A stretch of DNA of 64,000 bases from Vicugna vicugna (lineage: Eukaryota): contig MU058037.1 in NCBI GenBank assembly GCA_013265495.1, forward strand, positions 1,613,498 through 1,677,497. Reading direction: 5' to 3'. Numbering within the stretch: position 1 is the first letter of the stretch; every line of letters begins with the position of its first letter. Positions 25,124 through 38,300 of this stretch are shown here, in pieces. The notes under the pieces are model-generated. The model searched no databases and was not told the origin of the DNA. It saw only the letters and a program-made list of their open reading frames with translations. The position numbers and the translations under genes are program-made.

Positions 25124-25255
25124 TTTTTTTTTGCGGGGGCGGGAGTGGATTAGGCTTATTTGTTTATTTGGTTTTTCAATGGAGGTACTAGGGGTTGAAC
25201 CCAGGATCTTGTGCGTGCTAAGCATGCGCTCTACCACTGAGCTATACTCTCCCCC
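25124..25255 (-). mobile_element. tRNA-derived camelid-type SINE
   Basis: Reverse complement ggggagagtatagctcagtggtagagcgcatgcttagcacgcacaagatcctgggttcaacccc..., with Pol III A/B boxes and A tail. Confidence 0.9.
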
Positions 25256-25259
25256 TAGA

Positions 25260-26600
25260 CTTGTTAACTCTTGAATAACCTTCTGGAAGAGATGGTATTT
25301 TAGCTGGCCTTAGATAGCTTTTAAATATGGAAATGGGGGTTCAAGGGAAAGGCTATCCCAGATTATGCAAATACAACGAACAAAGGCACAATCGGGAGTA
25401 AGCAAACCAATTTGGCTACAGCCTAAGATATGTGGGGTGAGTGCAGTGAGAAAGAAAGTCTAGAAAATAATAAGGAGTCATATTGTGGAGAGCTACCAAT
25501 GCTAGGATGGAGCAATTGTGTTGTTTTAAAGGGAATAAAATACTTATTTTTCTGTAACAACCTATTTTGAAGCCCCATTCCACCAGGGTAGCAAAGACAA
25601 CTCAGTCAACTGACAATTTCTTGTGACTTTCTTTGGGAGTGGTTCTGAAGTCAGGGTAGCTTACCTTGTGCCATGGTTGGTGTTAAATAGCAATGTGAAT
25701 GGTAAGAGTGTGTGTGTGTGTGTTGAGGGAGTTTGGGGGGGTGAGTTTGGAAACTTTGGTCTAGCTTAACAACTCAAATAGACATCTCTTGTTCCTTTCC
25801 TCATGGTTTCTTTCCTCTTGTTCCTTTTCTTTAGTTACAAGAGTAACCTTGGTGCCATGTCTCAGATGGCAGAAGCTCTGCAAAACTGTGTATCTTCCTA
25901 GACACGCCAAGTAGACATTTCATTTCTAGGGAGAAGTGTGCACTTTACTCTGCTACAAGGGAGTGCTCACAGATGTTTGCATATGGGAAGTATGTGATCT
26001 GATGTATGTTTTATGAAAATGATAGGAAAGAAGTTGTGGATTTGGAAGGGAGAAAAACTGGAGGTATGGTCAAAACACTCTTTCAATAGAAAATGTGATA
26101 TCTAATCAGTGCTTGAACTGAGGTTATGGTGGGAGACGAGATGAGAAGAGGTAGATGACATATATGTAGGCAGGAATGAGAGAATTGGGTAACTGATTCA
26201 TTAGATACCGAGAATAATGGGGAGGGGAAAGTTAAATATTACCCCAGGAATTCAACATTGAGCAAATAGACGAATGACACTGTAGAGATGGTAGGAGGAG
26301 AGAATTTAGGGGGGATAATTAATTCTGTTTCGGGCTCGTGAAACTAGAAGTGGCTGAGAGACAGGATATATGCAAAGCTGTCCAGCAAGTAGCTGAAAAA
26401 GCTAAACTGGATCTAGAATAGAGCCAGATCTTGGAGGTATTTACATGAGGAGATAGATAAAGGTACATGAAAACAACAACAACAAATTCATCAAAAAAGA
26501 ATATGTATAGTGAGAAGATATGTAAGGACAAGATCAGACAATGCTTATATTTAAGAGCCAGATGAAAAGTTAGTTGTGTGGCCAGGAGTAAATGGAGAAA
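25260..26600 (-). mobile_element. Degenerate L2 fragments (interrupted)
   Basis: Purine-rich reverse-L2-like segments such as gatggtattttagctggcctt and gggaagtatgtgatctgatgtatgtttta. Confidence 0.5.
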
Positions 26601-26611
26601 GTGGTGTTATA

Positions 26612-26830
26612 GAGGCATCTCTAATAAAACTTATAGTAATAATAGAGTTATAATAATATGTTCTATGACTGTGTTGTCTAATAGTCATTAAGCATGTGTG
26701 GCTATTAAGCACTGAAAATGTGGCTAGTGCAAATGAAGAACTGAATTTGTAATTTTACTTAATTTTAATTAAATTTTATATTTTAATTGCCACATGCAAC
26801 TACTGGTTACCATATTAGATAGCAGTGCAG
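26612..26830. mobile_element. MER3-type hAT-Charlie element
   Basis: catgtgtggctattaagcactgaaaatgtggctagtgcaaatgaagaactgaattt...gccacatgcaactactggttaccatattagatagca. Confidence 0.8.
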
Positions 26831-29589
26831 GTCTAGAGAAATATACTATAGTCCATCCAACAGTTACAAAACAAGAAGCCACATAATAAGAATTTCAAAC
26901 AAATAACAGTAAAAACAATATCTAGGAAGAAAATAAGAAGACATTTAATCTCCAGTTATTAACCAGATTGTTCACTTCTTTTTTCCTTTAGCAAAGGGCA
27001 GATTCCAGCCTATTATGACATCTACTGTAGCAACACAGTAAAATGACACCAGTTCTCTCTGTAACATAATATACGAAAAAGAGTCATGAAAATGAGTTCA
27101 AAGAACCCATCTCATAGCTTTGTGAGCATAGAGAAAGCTGTGCCAGCGATAAAAGATTTGCAATGGATGGAAGATAAAAGTCCACACTAAATTCATATTC
27201 ATCAGAGATTGAAGGCTGACTGAGTGTTCTGGGTGCAAAGAAGAATGTCTATGGTGAAGACACAAGTATCAGTATTCTTGAATGTGTTATCAAAATGCCA
27301 TTGCTTAACTCTAATTTCAGATATAAAAAATGTCCCTGGTAAACAAGGCAGAGGTATAATAACCCCACAAGTACCTCCTTGGCAATCTCTTCACCATTGT
27401 GACTGACTCAATGACCACAAACTTGTTAGTGTTACTGCCATTGTTTCAAAGAAGAGGAAGGTTCATGAGGAATGGTATCTACTAAAATCCTAAAATGGCC
27501 AGTTTTTTAAAAAAGGAATTGGCTAAGATTTTCATTAGGTTAAATAAGGTTACAAGTTGAAACATAAAAAGTGCAATAAACAAAGAATGGGAAGAGAATG
27601 TGGGTGGGCATGAACTTAATGGCCATTTTAGTCTTTCTGTTAGTGAGCATAACCGTATTTTTTGGCATCTTGGATCATATTCCTCTTCAAAATTCTGCTC
27701 TGGTTTTCCCCCAGGAGGTCATCTAAAATGAAGCCCCATTTGACTCTAATCACTCTAGCCTTTCACTTGACAATGAAAGATAAATGTTCCAATAGTTGAA
27801 TGGGTGTGGAAACTGATCATTTAGCATACAGAGACTTCGGGGTACGGGCAGAAGTGGAGCTGACTATTTTTTCAGCATCCAAATGGCTCTCTAACAAATC
27901 CAAAATCCACTGAGGCTTTTCAAGATTGAAGTATCAAAAGGCATGAAAAGTAAAAATGTCAAGTCAAGGCACCACTGAACAGAAACCTCATTAGAGTGAG
28001 ATGGTGATTCCTGTAACTTTAATAGCTTTGTTTTGACAACCTGAAGGTGCAGCAAGTGTGCTAGTCCCCATTAAGAAACAAGTTTGTTCCTCCTGCATGT
28101 CTTGAGGCAAAACCTAAATGGCTTTGAATGACCAATCAGGTAACCACTAACTATACATATTTTATGTTTCCATCGGTAATCTATTTGTTAGTCTTAGTCT
28201 TTCCCATTAGATTGTAATATTTTCAAAGAAGGAACCCTATATTCAACTGGACTGTCTCTTTAATTTCTCAAGGTGCTCTGTACATTGTATAAATAAAATA
28301 CAAATTTATCAACTATGATTATTTTATTACATTGAGTCTCTATTTTTACATTCCATAGTAAATATTTTTAACAGAGGTTTTATGGGTTAGGTATAATATG
28401 CAACTTTTAAAACCACCTTAAAAAATAACCTAATTGCTAAACAAACTACTACAGTACATTCAGTTTCTCCACACTCCTATTTTGTACAAAAATAGACTTG
28501 AGTTTCACAGTTTTAAAATTATTTTAAACATGAATTTGTTTTTAAAGTGTAATTTGCATGATCTCAGCAGATACTTTCAACAAAAATAATTGGGCTTTTC
28601 TCTGCATGAAGATTCAGATTATGTAAAAGATAATAAGAATTTTATATTCATACGATGAAGCTAAAATTTCCTTGTAATAAAAAGCCTCTCTAGCTTCCAC
28701 ACATTCAAGCTACTGACTATAATGACCATCTAATATATCTTAAGGGAAAAAAAATCTATAAAGTCTAAGTGATGGAGGATAATTTTTCCCTTCTGATAAA
28801 TCAATCCAGCTAAAGAGTTCAAGCAAAGATAAGTATCACACTCCATTACAAATAAAAATATAAATTAAACATTGATTCTTCAATTCAAGATCATACACTT
28901 GACTGCCAGAAAATAAATGGAAGTTACAGTATATTCAAAACAAATTCCAAATATTAGTTTAAAAAATTCCTTAAGCCCATCTATCTTTTTTAAAAAATCT
29001 ACTTAGATTGCATTTTCTTGGACAAAATGGAACCATTTCTTTTCAGTAACTGTGTCCAACATTTGAAAAAGTGCCATTTACCCAGGAATTCAATAAACAT
29101 TTTTAGATCACTGATGATGATAAGATATTTAAAGCCTGATAAATACTAAACTGTCCAAGTAATAGTACTAGCTTAAATCAAGGTTTAATTTGGTACACCT
29201 TCAAAACAGATACTAATATTATCAGTATTCGTTTAGTGTTTCCTACTAGTAACACTAAGTGATTATAGGGCAGAATTTTGTGCTTTGAAAAAATTCAAGT
29301 AGTCTTCCCCCTCCTACCACACCTACCACCCATATTCCAGTAGACTACATTTAAAATACCAACACACACACACATGCATACAAACACACCACTGAGGGAA
29401 GAGAAGTTCTTTAAATTCAACCTTTACCAAGCTGTTTTCTTCATATATAAAATTTTAACACCAAATTTTATTGTCTCTTTCCTTATATTCAATTCTACAA
29501 TTCTACAAAATTCTACAATGCTATATCGGAATTCTTTACAGGTTCATTACTGTAGCAGATTCAGCTTATGAATTCTAAACATATACTTT

Positions 29590-29928
29590 CTTTTCTTAAG
29601 GAAAAGTAAACTTCCTGGAGCTACTGAAGTTGGCCGTGGTGGATATATGACTTCCTTTGTCCAACGAAATGTGAGCAGAAGTGCTATGTATCATCTCCGT
29701 GCAGAAACTTCAAGAACCAGTGCATAGTTCATCATGCTCTCTTTTCCCTCTGCCAGCAGTGTTTAAGAAGAGGCTATTCTAAGCTTTGAAGTGAAGAGGA
29801 TGTGGAGTAGAGCTATAGCAACCCAGGATGGACATGGAACATGAACACTAGGTATGAGTATTATTGGAAGCCACTAACATTTTCAGGTTGTTACTACCGC
29901 ATAATCTAGTTTACCCTGACTTGATACA
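29590..29928. mobile_element. MaLR LTR (MLT1J/K-like)
   Basis: gaaatgtgagcagaagtg...gttgttactaccgcataatctagtttaccctgacttgataca. Confidence 0.7.
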
Positions 29929-30769
29929 ATCCTCCACCAAACAAAAGGGGAAAAAATAGAACACTCATGCAAATGCAGAATTTAATAGAGTAAGTATTCC
30001 ATGGATTTTACATGTTGCACTTACTCATTTCAGGAAATATGAGTGCTATTTTTCAGAGATGCTATGTCACTCCTCACACACAGTAATTCACAATTAACCT
30101 CAGATTACATTTTGCTACGTTCATGCAAACCTAGTCTTTTCCCATCTTGTATTTCAGAGAATTTTTGTCTCATTTCGTAAGTTTGATTCGTGCTTACTTG
30201 TCCTAATTAGTTAATTCTAACCAGTTCTTCAACCTGCCACTGTCAATATTCAATTTCAATCCATTACTTCACTTGTGTTGGGGTTTCCTTTCATCTGAAT
30301 TACCCATCTGATATTGGTGGTTATTCTGACCGGTTCCAACCCAAGGGACCTGGGTTATCAAAACCTACTTTGGCAGCAGGGGTAAAATGCCTTAGAAAGT
30401 TAGTGCCTGTAACTAGTAGCTCCATATTTTCTTTAATTTGCTACTTTCATCTTATGTAGGTATGAAAATTCATGTCATAGATTTGTGTAATGACTCATTG
30501 ATATAATCCATGTAAGGCACAATATGATTCATAGTAAATGTTAAAAATGTTATTTTTCCTTCTTGTTTTAGTGACTTCTAGTTCTTGCCTCTCTATTGAT
30601 ACTGCATTAGTTTCTAGCACTGGTTCTCTCCTTATTACAAATGCACAATGACCATTTTCATTAATAACTTACATTTCATGTTTCAAAGAACAAGTCTAAT
30701 CCTTTTGGATACATATTTATGGCACAGATGGACTCTGAACTGATAACTACAGTTGTAAATTGAAAACTT

Positions 30770-31190
30770 TAACTAGGCTCTTTTATCAAAGTGTGGGCTC
30801 TGGGCTGATATCACCTATAGATAGTTGAACTTCCTGATCCATAGTTCTCAGTCATTTGGACTGTGGTGAAGTTTAGGGAATCTCTACTTTTAACAAGCTT
30901 CCCTAGGTGAATCATGGTCCATGGACCAACTATTGGGAAACACTGTTCTTGATCACATATTATTCCCACCTCACATTCACCTCATACTAAACCAGTGAAG
31001 TGTGAGTACATCACAGTAGTTATCAACTTTGGCTCCATATTAAAATCAACTGAGGCATTGTTTTAAAAATACCAATTCCAACCCCACCACAGAGAGTCTA
31101 ATAGGTCTCAAAAGGGATCCAGATATCAGTGTTTTTAAATAAAAACCTCTTTATTTGATTCCAAGGTTAAGTCAAGCTTGAGGAGCAGTG
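30770..31190. mobile_element. Two degenerate MER5-type fragments
   Basis: tttaacaagcttccctaggtgaatc and aactttggctccatattaaaatcaactgagg motifs. Confidence 0.5.
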
Positions 31191-31971
31191 AGCAAGAAGT
31201 ATTACAAACTATGTCAAAACACATGGATTTAAGTCCTGGCCGTGTCACTTACTGATCACATCACTGTTCCTCTGAAATTCCAAATACTAATTTACAAAAT
31301 CGAGATAATGGCATTTGGTCTATCTACTTCATCTGATTATTGTGAGGAACAAATCTGATAATATGTTGTAAAAGCATTTTGCCAATCCTTAAAATAGTTA
31401 TTGCTTGTCCATTAAACTTTACATAGCCTTTTTTTCTTGCTAATAATTTAAAAATGTCATAAGAAATAGGATTTATCCAGACGACGTGGTTTGAGGGAGG
31501 GATTACAAAAGTGAATAGAAGGGCAAAGGGCAGAACGCATTTCAATTTTTAAAGACAGTTCAGAACCCTTGTGGGGAGACAAGACAGGAGAATGTTTGTG
31601 TAGATAGTTTAATGGGAAGAAACAGGAAGCCCAGTTAAGATATTTAGTGGGATGAGGAGGGCTATGGAAAACAGTAAGACATTAAAAAGGAAATTAATAA
31701 GTATAGTATTAATAACTGCTGAATAGCGCTAGGGTAGACATTTCAAAAGGCATTATAAACTTTGGGGATGCACTTAAATAAGAGCAAGAGACACAAGAAA
31801 ATATTTACAAAACCAGCACCAATAAAGGTACCTAATGGAACATTTTGATTTTTCCCTTTAAGTACTTTGATAATTCCTACTGTGGCACTGCAGAGTCCAA
31901 CAACATTATGTTCTATGTTATTTTATGGCTCAGGTTTCCAAATTTGCTATCAGATCAAACTTGGAATTTTT

Positions 31972-32058
31972 AAAAATTGAAGTATAGTCAGTTACAATGT
32001 GTCAATTTCTGATGTACAGCACAATGTCCCCATCATGCATATACATACATATATTCAA
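31972..32058 (-). mobile_element. Very short L1 3' tip
   Basis: ttgaagtatagtcagttacaatgtgtcaatttctg is the reverse L1 terminus; TSD caaacttg(g/a)aattttt at 31956-31971 and 32059-32074. Confidence 0.85.
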
Positions 32059-32949
32059 CAAACTTGAAATTTTTAAGCTACAAAAGCATTCTAAATGATA
32101 CTCAAAAATGCACACATGGATTTATTTGGAGAGGGTGGGAAGCAGACTGAAGAGTAATAGGAACCTTTTCTAGCTCCCAAACCAGCCTTCGCCTCCAAGC
32201 CTCTGATCCTCTCCACAATAATTCCTTTCCTCTGCCCTCCCCAGTTCACCAGTTAGTTTCATGGAGGAAACTGCCATCACCACTGTTGCCCCCAACTCAT
32301 CTCCCTGGAGCTGCAAGCATTAAAAGGACAAGAAATATGAAGAAACAGCCTTAAAATTTTAAGGGCTAATTTTGTATTTATAATAATGATATACCTGAAT
32401 TTCATCAAGTTTGAAAAAAGAGTATTTTCTGTTTCATTCTCTCAGGTCTTCATGAGCATCAGAATGTATAGCAGCTACATTTAAAATCCTATAACCCTTT
32501 TTTGGGGGTATGAAATTTTAAGGGGAAAATGAATGCTTTCATTCTTCCAACAGACATTTATTTGCCAGGCACTGAAGACACACAAGTGCAAAAGGCAGAC
32601 AATGTGCCTTCACCAAGTCTCCCACTGCAAAACTTTTCTTAAATGGGTTAGTATTACTTTTGGCTTGAGTCTTTAAAAAGAATAATCACAGTACATTACA
32701 AATGGGAGCATATCAGGGATTCTCTTCTTAAAAACACATCACCTACAAGGGTTAAGAATCACCTAACTCATCTTTCTGCATCTACTTCCTTATACATAAT
32801 ATGGCAATTATGGTAAAAGTTCTATCTTCTTAGAGTCTTCGTGAGAAAATTTAAAAAGCCTCCCAAAAGGTGAACTGCACAATAAAATAGTATGACAAAG
32901 TATAGTAATTCAGAAAGTAAGAGGACAATGAAAGTACATTACATAAATA

Positions 32950-33480
32950 AGCAAAAAAACTTTAAGAACAGGAGGCGGTACAATTGTAAAGATGAGCATG
33001 TATACAGTACTGTATAACCCAGCAGTCATTCTCCTATTTATAAACTTTAATATAGGTATATATACAAATGTTCATGGTAAGGAGAATGGATAAACATATT
33101 AGAGTATATACAAACAATTAAATATTATCTGAAGGGAGAGCAAATGAACTACAGTGACTAAACAAAACATGAATGAAGTCAGAAATACAAGATCAAATGA
33201 AAAAAGTAATATGCAGATACGATTTTTACAAAGCTCAAAGAGAAGCATAATTAAATGAGATGTCTAGAAAATGTATGAAACTATTCTAAGAAAAATATGA
33301 AGTAATAAACACCCTGAGAAGAAGCAGGGTAATGAAATGAGGGAGGGGCACAATTATAACTAAAATAATGTTGGTAATGCTCTAGTGATTAAATTATACA
33401 GCCCATTTATGAATATTTTTATGCTTCATAACATATATGACATACATTCTTTTGCATATATATAAAATATTACATAAATT
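32950..33480 (+). mobile_element. Old L1ME-like 3' fragment
   Basis: tataacccagcagtcattctcct...aatggataaaca...aaatgaactacag pattern. Confidence 0.55.
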
Positions 33481-33988
33481 TAAAAACATAATAGTGAGAA
33501 AATAGTTGTCTAAGAAATAGTATCTTGCCATTTGCTATCTAAAAGAATTTGTAGTATCCTACGCCACATATCTAGTTCTGTTATTACTGATGGTGATACT
33601 ATGTACATCTTTAAAAGCGTTTTGGCAAGATGCTAAGATAACACGCAATATAGTCTAGGCTTGTTAAAAAAAAATAAGCCTACAAAAAATCTATTTCATT
33701 TTTGTTTAATATACAGTAAGTTTTAAAGTTTTTTTTTTTTACAAGTCAGGCAAGTGTCAGAAAGCTGGAATAACAATAAATTAAGTCCAAATACTCTAAA
33801 CAGTGCTTCCTTAAAGTCTTAGCATGTAATAATTTCATCACTTTTATTTACCTTTCATTCTGAACCACCAGAAAACCTGCAGCTACCAATAATCATTTTT
33901 TATATCAAAAATGAAGACTTCTCTCTCTTTCTATTTGTATATTTATATCTATTCTGATTATAAAGCTATATTCTAGACCATCAAAAGC

Positions 33989-34044
33989 GGGGGGAGGGTA
34001 TAGCTCAGTGGTAGAGTACTTGTCTAGCATGCATGAGGTCCTGG
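33989..34044 (+). mobile_element. Camelid-type SINE, head only (3'-truncated)
   Basis: ggggggagggtatagctcagtggtagagtacttgtctagcatgcatgaggtcctgg, stopping before GTTCAA. Confidence 0.85.
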
Positions 34045-35089
34045 AAAAAAGATATAGGCATATATACATAACCTAATCTCAGCTTCACAAATTCTATATA
34101 TTTTTAGTTTTATATTTGTCAGAAAAAAGTCATCAAGGTATCTGGATACTATGCCTAGTAATTCCATATCTAACTTCTGATTCATTATATTAGAATAATA
34201 AAGAAAAGCTTAAAAGAATAATGGTTTTGCTTCTTTATCATCAATAAACAGCTGAAGAAAACCTAAAGGAGTTAAGTATAATTATATTGAAGTAAATATA
34301 TTGTTTAAATATAAAATAAAAAAAGAGTCACCTTCCATATTACCTTCAACAAGTACACTAAGTAATATAATTCATACTGTTTAAAAATTACATATAAAGT
34401 TTGTCCTGGTTTTTGGTCTGATATGCCCCAGTTTCAATCCCAAGAGCCCCAGTCCAATTTTCAGGTCACCTAGAATGTCTGATTCAGGAAGGCTTAAACA
34501 CTAACCCTGAGAATACAGCAAAAATAATATTTAAAGTTGTGTTTAAGATAAATAATAGACTATCCTGGCTGAGCTTTTATATGTTTTAATACTACATGAA
34601 CCATAGAATATATAGCCTGCCTACCCCAGTGTAATTTATATTTCCAATTTAGAACTTTACATATATTTCACTACTACTTGAATCTTAATATCCCTTTTCA
34701 ACACATATTCTGTATGACTGACTATAATACACTGGCCTTTTGCATGTTTTGAGTTTTCCATTTTCAACTCTAGGTTACTTGAATATGTGGATAGGGATGG
34801 CGAATTCACAGGTGATCAAAAATAATTTTTGTATCACATTTGAACATGGATGTTTCAAAATATCCAGAATATAAAGCACAGCTACCAATTTGCATTAAAC
34901 TCTAAAAAAAATCCTAAATTAAACCAAAATCCTTCTTTAAAAAAATTCCTCATTCAAGAAATAGGTCTTTCTTCATTGCCAGTCAATATCAAAAGTAAGC
35001 AGAGAACCACTTCTTTAAATTTAGTGTAGAAGAACACATTCAGTTTAGAGTTATCAAAGGCTCTATTGCTATACAAGGTAACTGAAATT

Positions 35090-35310
35090 ATCATTTATTA
35101 AGCTTATTAAATGTCAGATCATGAGCTAGATCAATTTCCAGTATCTACAGCAATTCATCTATAATAATCCAACAAGATGGTGATCTACTTTACAGATAAT
35201 GACAGAGTATCAGAGATATGAAGGAATTTGTCCAAGTTTATACAATCTTGTCAAAAAGCAGAGCCAGAATGAACTCAGATCTACTTTATGTCAAAGCCCA
35301 ATATACTATT
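35090..35310 (-). mobile_element. MIR fragment
   Basis: ctactttacagataatgac...aatttgtccaag...gcagagccagaatgaactcagatct. Confidence 0.6.
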
Positions 35311-38300
35311 TTGCCATAAAATCTAAGAGTAAATGATATAAAATGTCAACTAGGAAGGTAAAGGAGGTACTGTTCATATAGGTAAAATGAAATACATTAA
35401 AATATATCAACTATTGTCAATAAAGTAAAATATAATAGTTATTGCCAGATTTCCTTGCATAAGTCCTTAATAAAACATTACAATCACTTCTAGGTCATTT
35501 ATTTTTACAAAATTCTGCAATCTTTTATTTTAATTTTTTAGTATTTATAGATACATGTCCTAACAATTTAAACCACAAATACCAATTCAGTAAGTCCTAC
35601 AAAGTTCTTATTTTCTCTTGCATATTTATTTTGAGTAAATAACAACTCAATTAATATAAATTACATTAAATTCAATCAGAAATATTTCTAAAAAAGGGCT
35701 AGACACTCAATATGTTCACTTATATTTTTATTTTAAAATGCATACTTAGAAAAAAAGCTCATAAATTGTTTACTTTTACTGATTTGTCTTTAATGTAAAG
35801 GTAACAAAAATGATTAGAAAGCTCACACGCACAATCTAGAGGAAGTTGTCAATCAAAAAGAAACTTTTTCAATATTGACCTTTGAAGACTTTTCTTCCAT
35901 TTTCTTGAATAAGGATTTAAAATGAAATAAAATAAACCTGACACATAAATATGGAATAAAATCAATCAAATGAACTGTCAGAAAGTCAGAATAATAAATT
36001 AATTAAGGATATTTATTACAGGAAAGACTAAAGCAGTGGCAGTCATTTCTGGTGCTCAGGTTGGGATGACAGTAATTATTTTTCTTTACAGTTTTCTGTA
36101 TTTTTCAAATTAATGAGTATTATTATTTTAAAGGACAAAAGACCCAATTTGAACTATGTGGTAAAATTTTAAAAAACACAATACTAAATGAAAGACTATA
36201 TTCAAAAACAAATATATGTACATAAAAACAGAGTGAAATGGCAAATAAAACACGCAAAATGGTAAGGGTTTTCTTTGGGTGGAAGGAGTAAATAATTTTT
36301 TAAATTTTTTCATTACAAGTGATATTTTTTATTCTTTTCATTACTCCAATTTTTTTCTATAAAGCAGATTATATTACTTTCATATTAAAAAAAACCAGAA
36401 AATAATTCGAGTATAGAATGTGCTACATACACATCTTTATACTAAAGGCATACAACATCAGTGGAAGAATTTCAAGTTAAGACCATAAAAGCTCTCTTTC
36501 AACATCTAAATGAACTTTTAGTTCTTAGTGAAGATTCTCTCAGTTAAGATTTTTTGAATGTAAATGCTATTTCTTCAAATTTCAGAGGTGGGGAGGGAAG
36601 TGTTGACTATGCAATAGGTAATAATTACATACTTAAAACAGATTGATGATTTTAGAAAGGTCTCTAGAATTTCTCTTTTCTTCGTATTTTTCCTTCTCAA
36701 AAGTTATTTTATAACAATCTTAGGTGAAAGACTGTTGATCTTTTCTTTCTAACTTTGAGCTGGGAATGGTAAGGGTAAGAAGTATGTTTCAAACACTATT
36801 CAGAAAATCAGTGATATCCAAGGACATGGAAAAATTAATCTTAAAAGGATGAAAAGTGAGCAAGCCCACAAAAAAATACAAAGACATTCTAATACATACA
36901 ATTTAGAGGGGACCATTCCAGGTAGAAGTATAAGGCCAGAACTTGAATTTTAAAGGGAAATTTCCACTCTGTATTTAACATTTCAAAATCTGGTTTAAAA
37001 TGTTTCACATGTTGAAAATTTTCTCTCAGCATGTAATTCACTTTCTACGCAGCTAAAGAAAACTAATACTAAATGGAGAAAAAAAACTATGTACATTTAT
37101 TATTTAAAACAAAGTTGTTATTCTAATTCCTTGTATCAAATTGTTTTATTTCTCATTCATTTTATAATATTACTCTTCTTTAGTTTTTCACTTCACATTT
37201 GTGAATCATATGTAATACATCTAATTTGTCCTCACAGTAATAGAATTATTTCTGTTTATATATGGCACAACAATTACACAGTTTGTCCAAGGTGAAATGC
37301 CCATGAAATTACAGGGCTAAGCCTCAAGTCTCCCTATACTCATTGTCCCTATCCTCTGTCCCTTGCTTCACTGTTCCACCAAAGTTTCACCTTGCAAACC
37401 AATACTTTTGAGCCCATTCCTTATATAGTGACAGTCTAATTAATCATTTTGGGGGTTTGAAGTGGAAAAATTTTAAACGGTACAGTAGAATAATTTTAGG
37501 TTAAGGTGATACCCATTAGGGCTGGTATCATCGCAATTATTTCAATGCTGACAAGAAATGCATGGGTACCTGTCTCATTTTTCTGATTTAGGTGCAGACT
37601 AAATGAAGCTTCAGTTTTTTGTGAGAATTCTTTCCACTTAAGATTTTAAAACCAAGTTTACCTTTTTTCTCAAACGTGTTATTGTAGCCAATCTTATGTG
37701 GGGAAGAGGTGTTGTGGGGGGGAGGAATCTCTTTAAAAGACTTCAACTATAACTGTCTAAATCCGTCACAATTGGAAATAAGTAAAACAGACACAGTAGA
37801 TTAAATAAATTCTTCCAAATAGAGCTTGTTAAAAGAAATTTATCTTTCTCCTCTAATGCCACCATTACTTTAAATATAAGCAGCCAGTATCAAGAAGCAC
37901 TTTCCACTTAGTTCACAGTACCACCTCTTTGTGTTAAGAAGAGAAAAAAAGCTATTTGTGACAGTTTATTTTTAGATATTGATCATCTCATCTTGCTGCA
38001 AAGGGAATAAAAATAATTAAAGTTGAGTGAAAAATAATTTGAAGTACAGCATATTTCAAAGCATAACTATCATCATAACTGTTCAGATGAGATTTCTTGA
38101 AAGCCTGGTAATAAATGCATGCCCTAGATATTTCTTTTTTAATCTACACTTTGCTTATTCAAATTGGCCTCTTTTACTGGCAGCTAAAGTTTAATTCTGT
38201 CTTTAGATACTGCATAAAATTCCAAGTGAATGCAATGATCAGTGTGTATTTAATGGCTGAATGAGACCATTAGATGGACACTGACTGATTGTAAACTACA

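Noticed and set aside
29491..29520. Short direct repeats aattctaca x3 (also aataagcac x2 near 12842)
   Set aside because: Local slippage duplications with no unique spacers; not CRISPR-like, and the sequence is mammalian.
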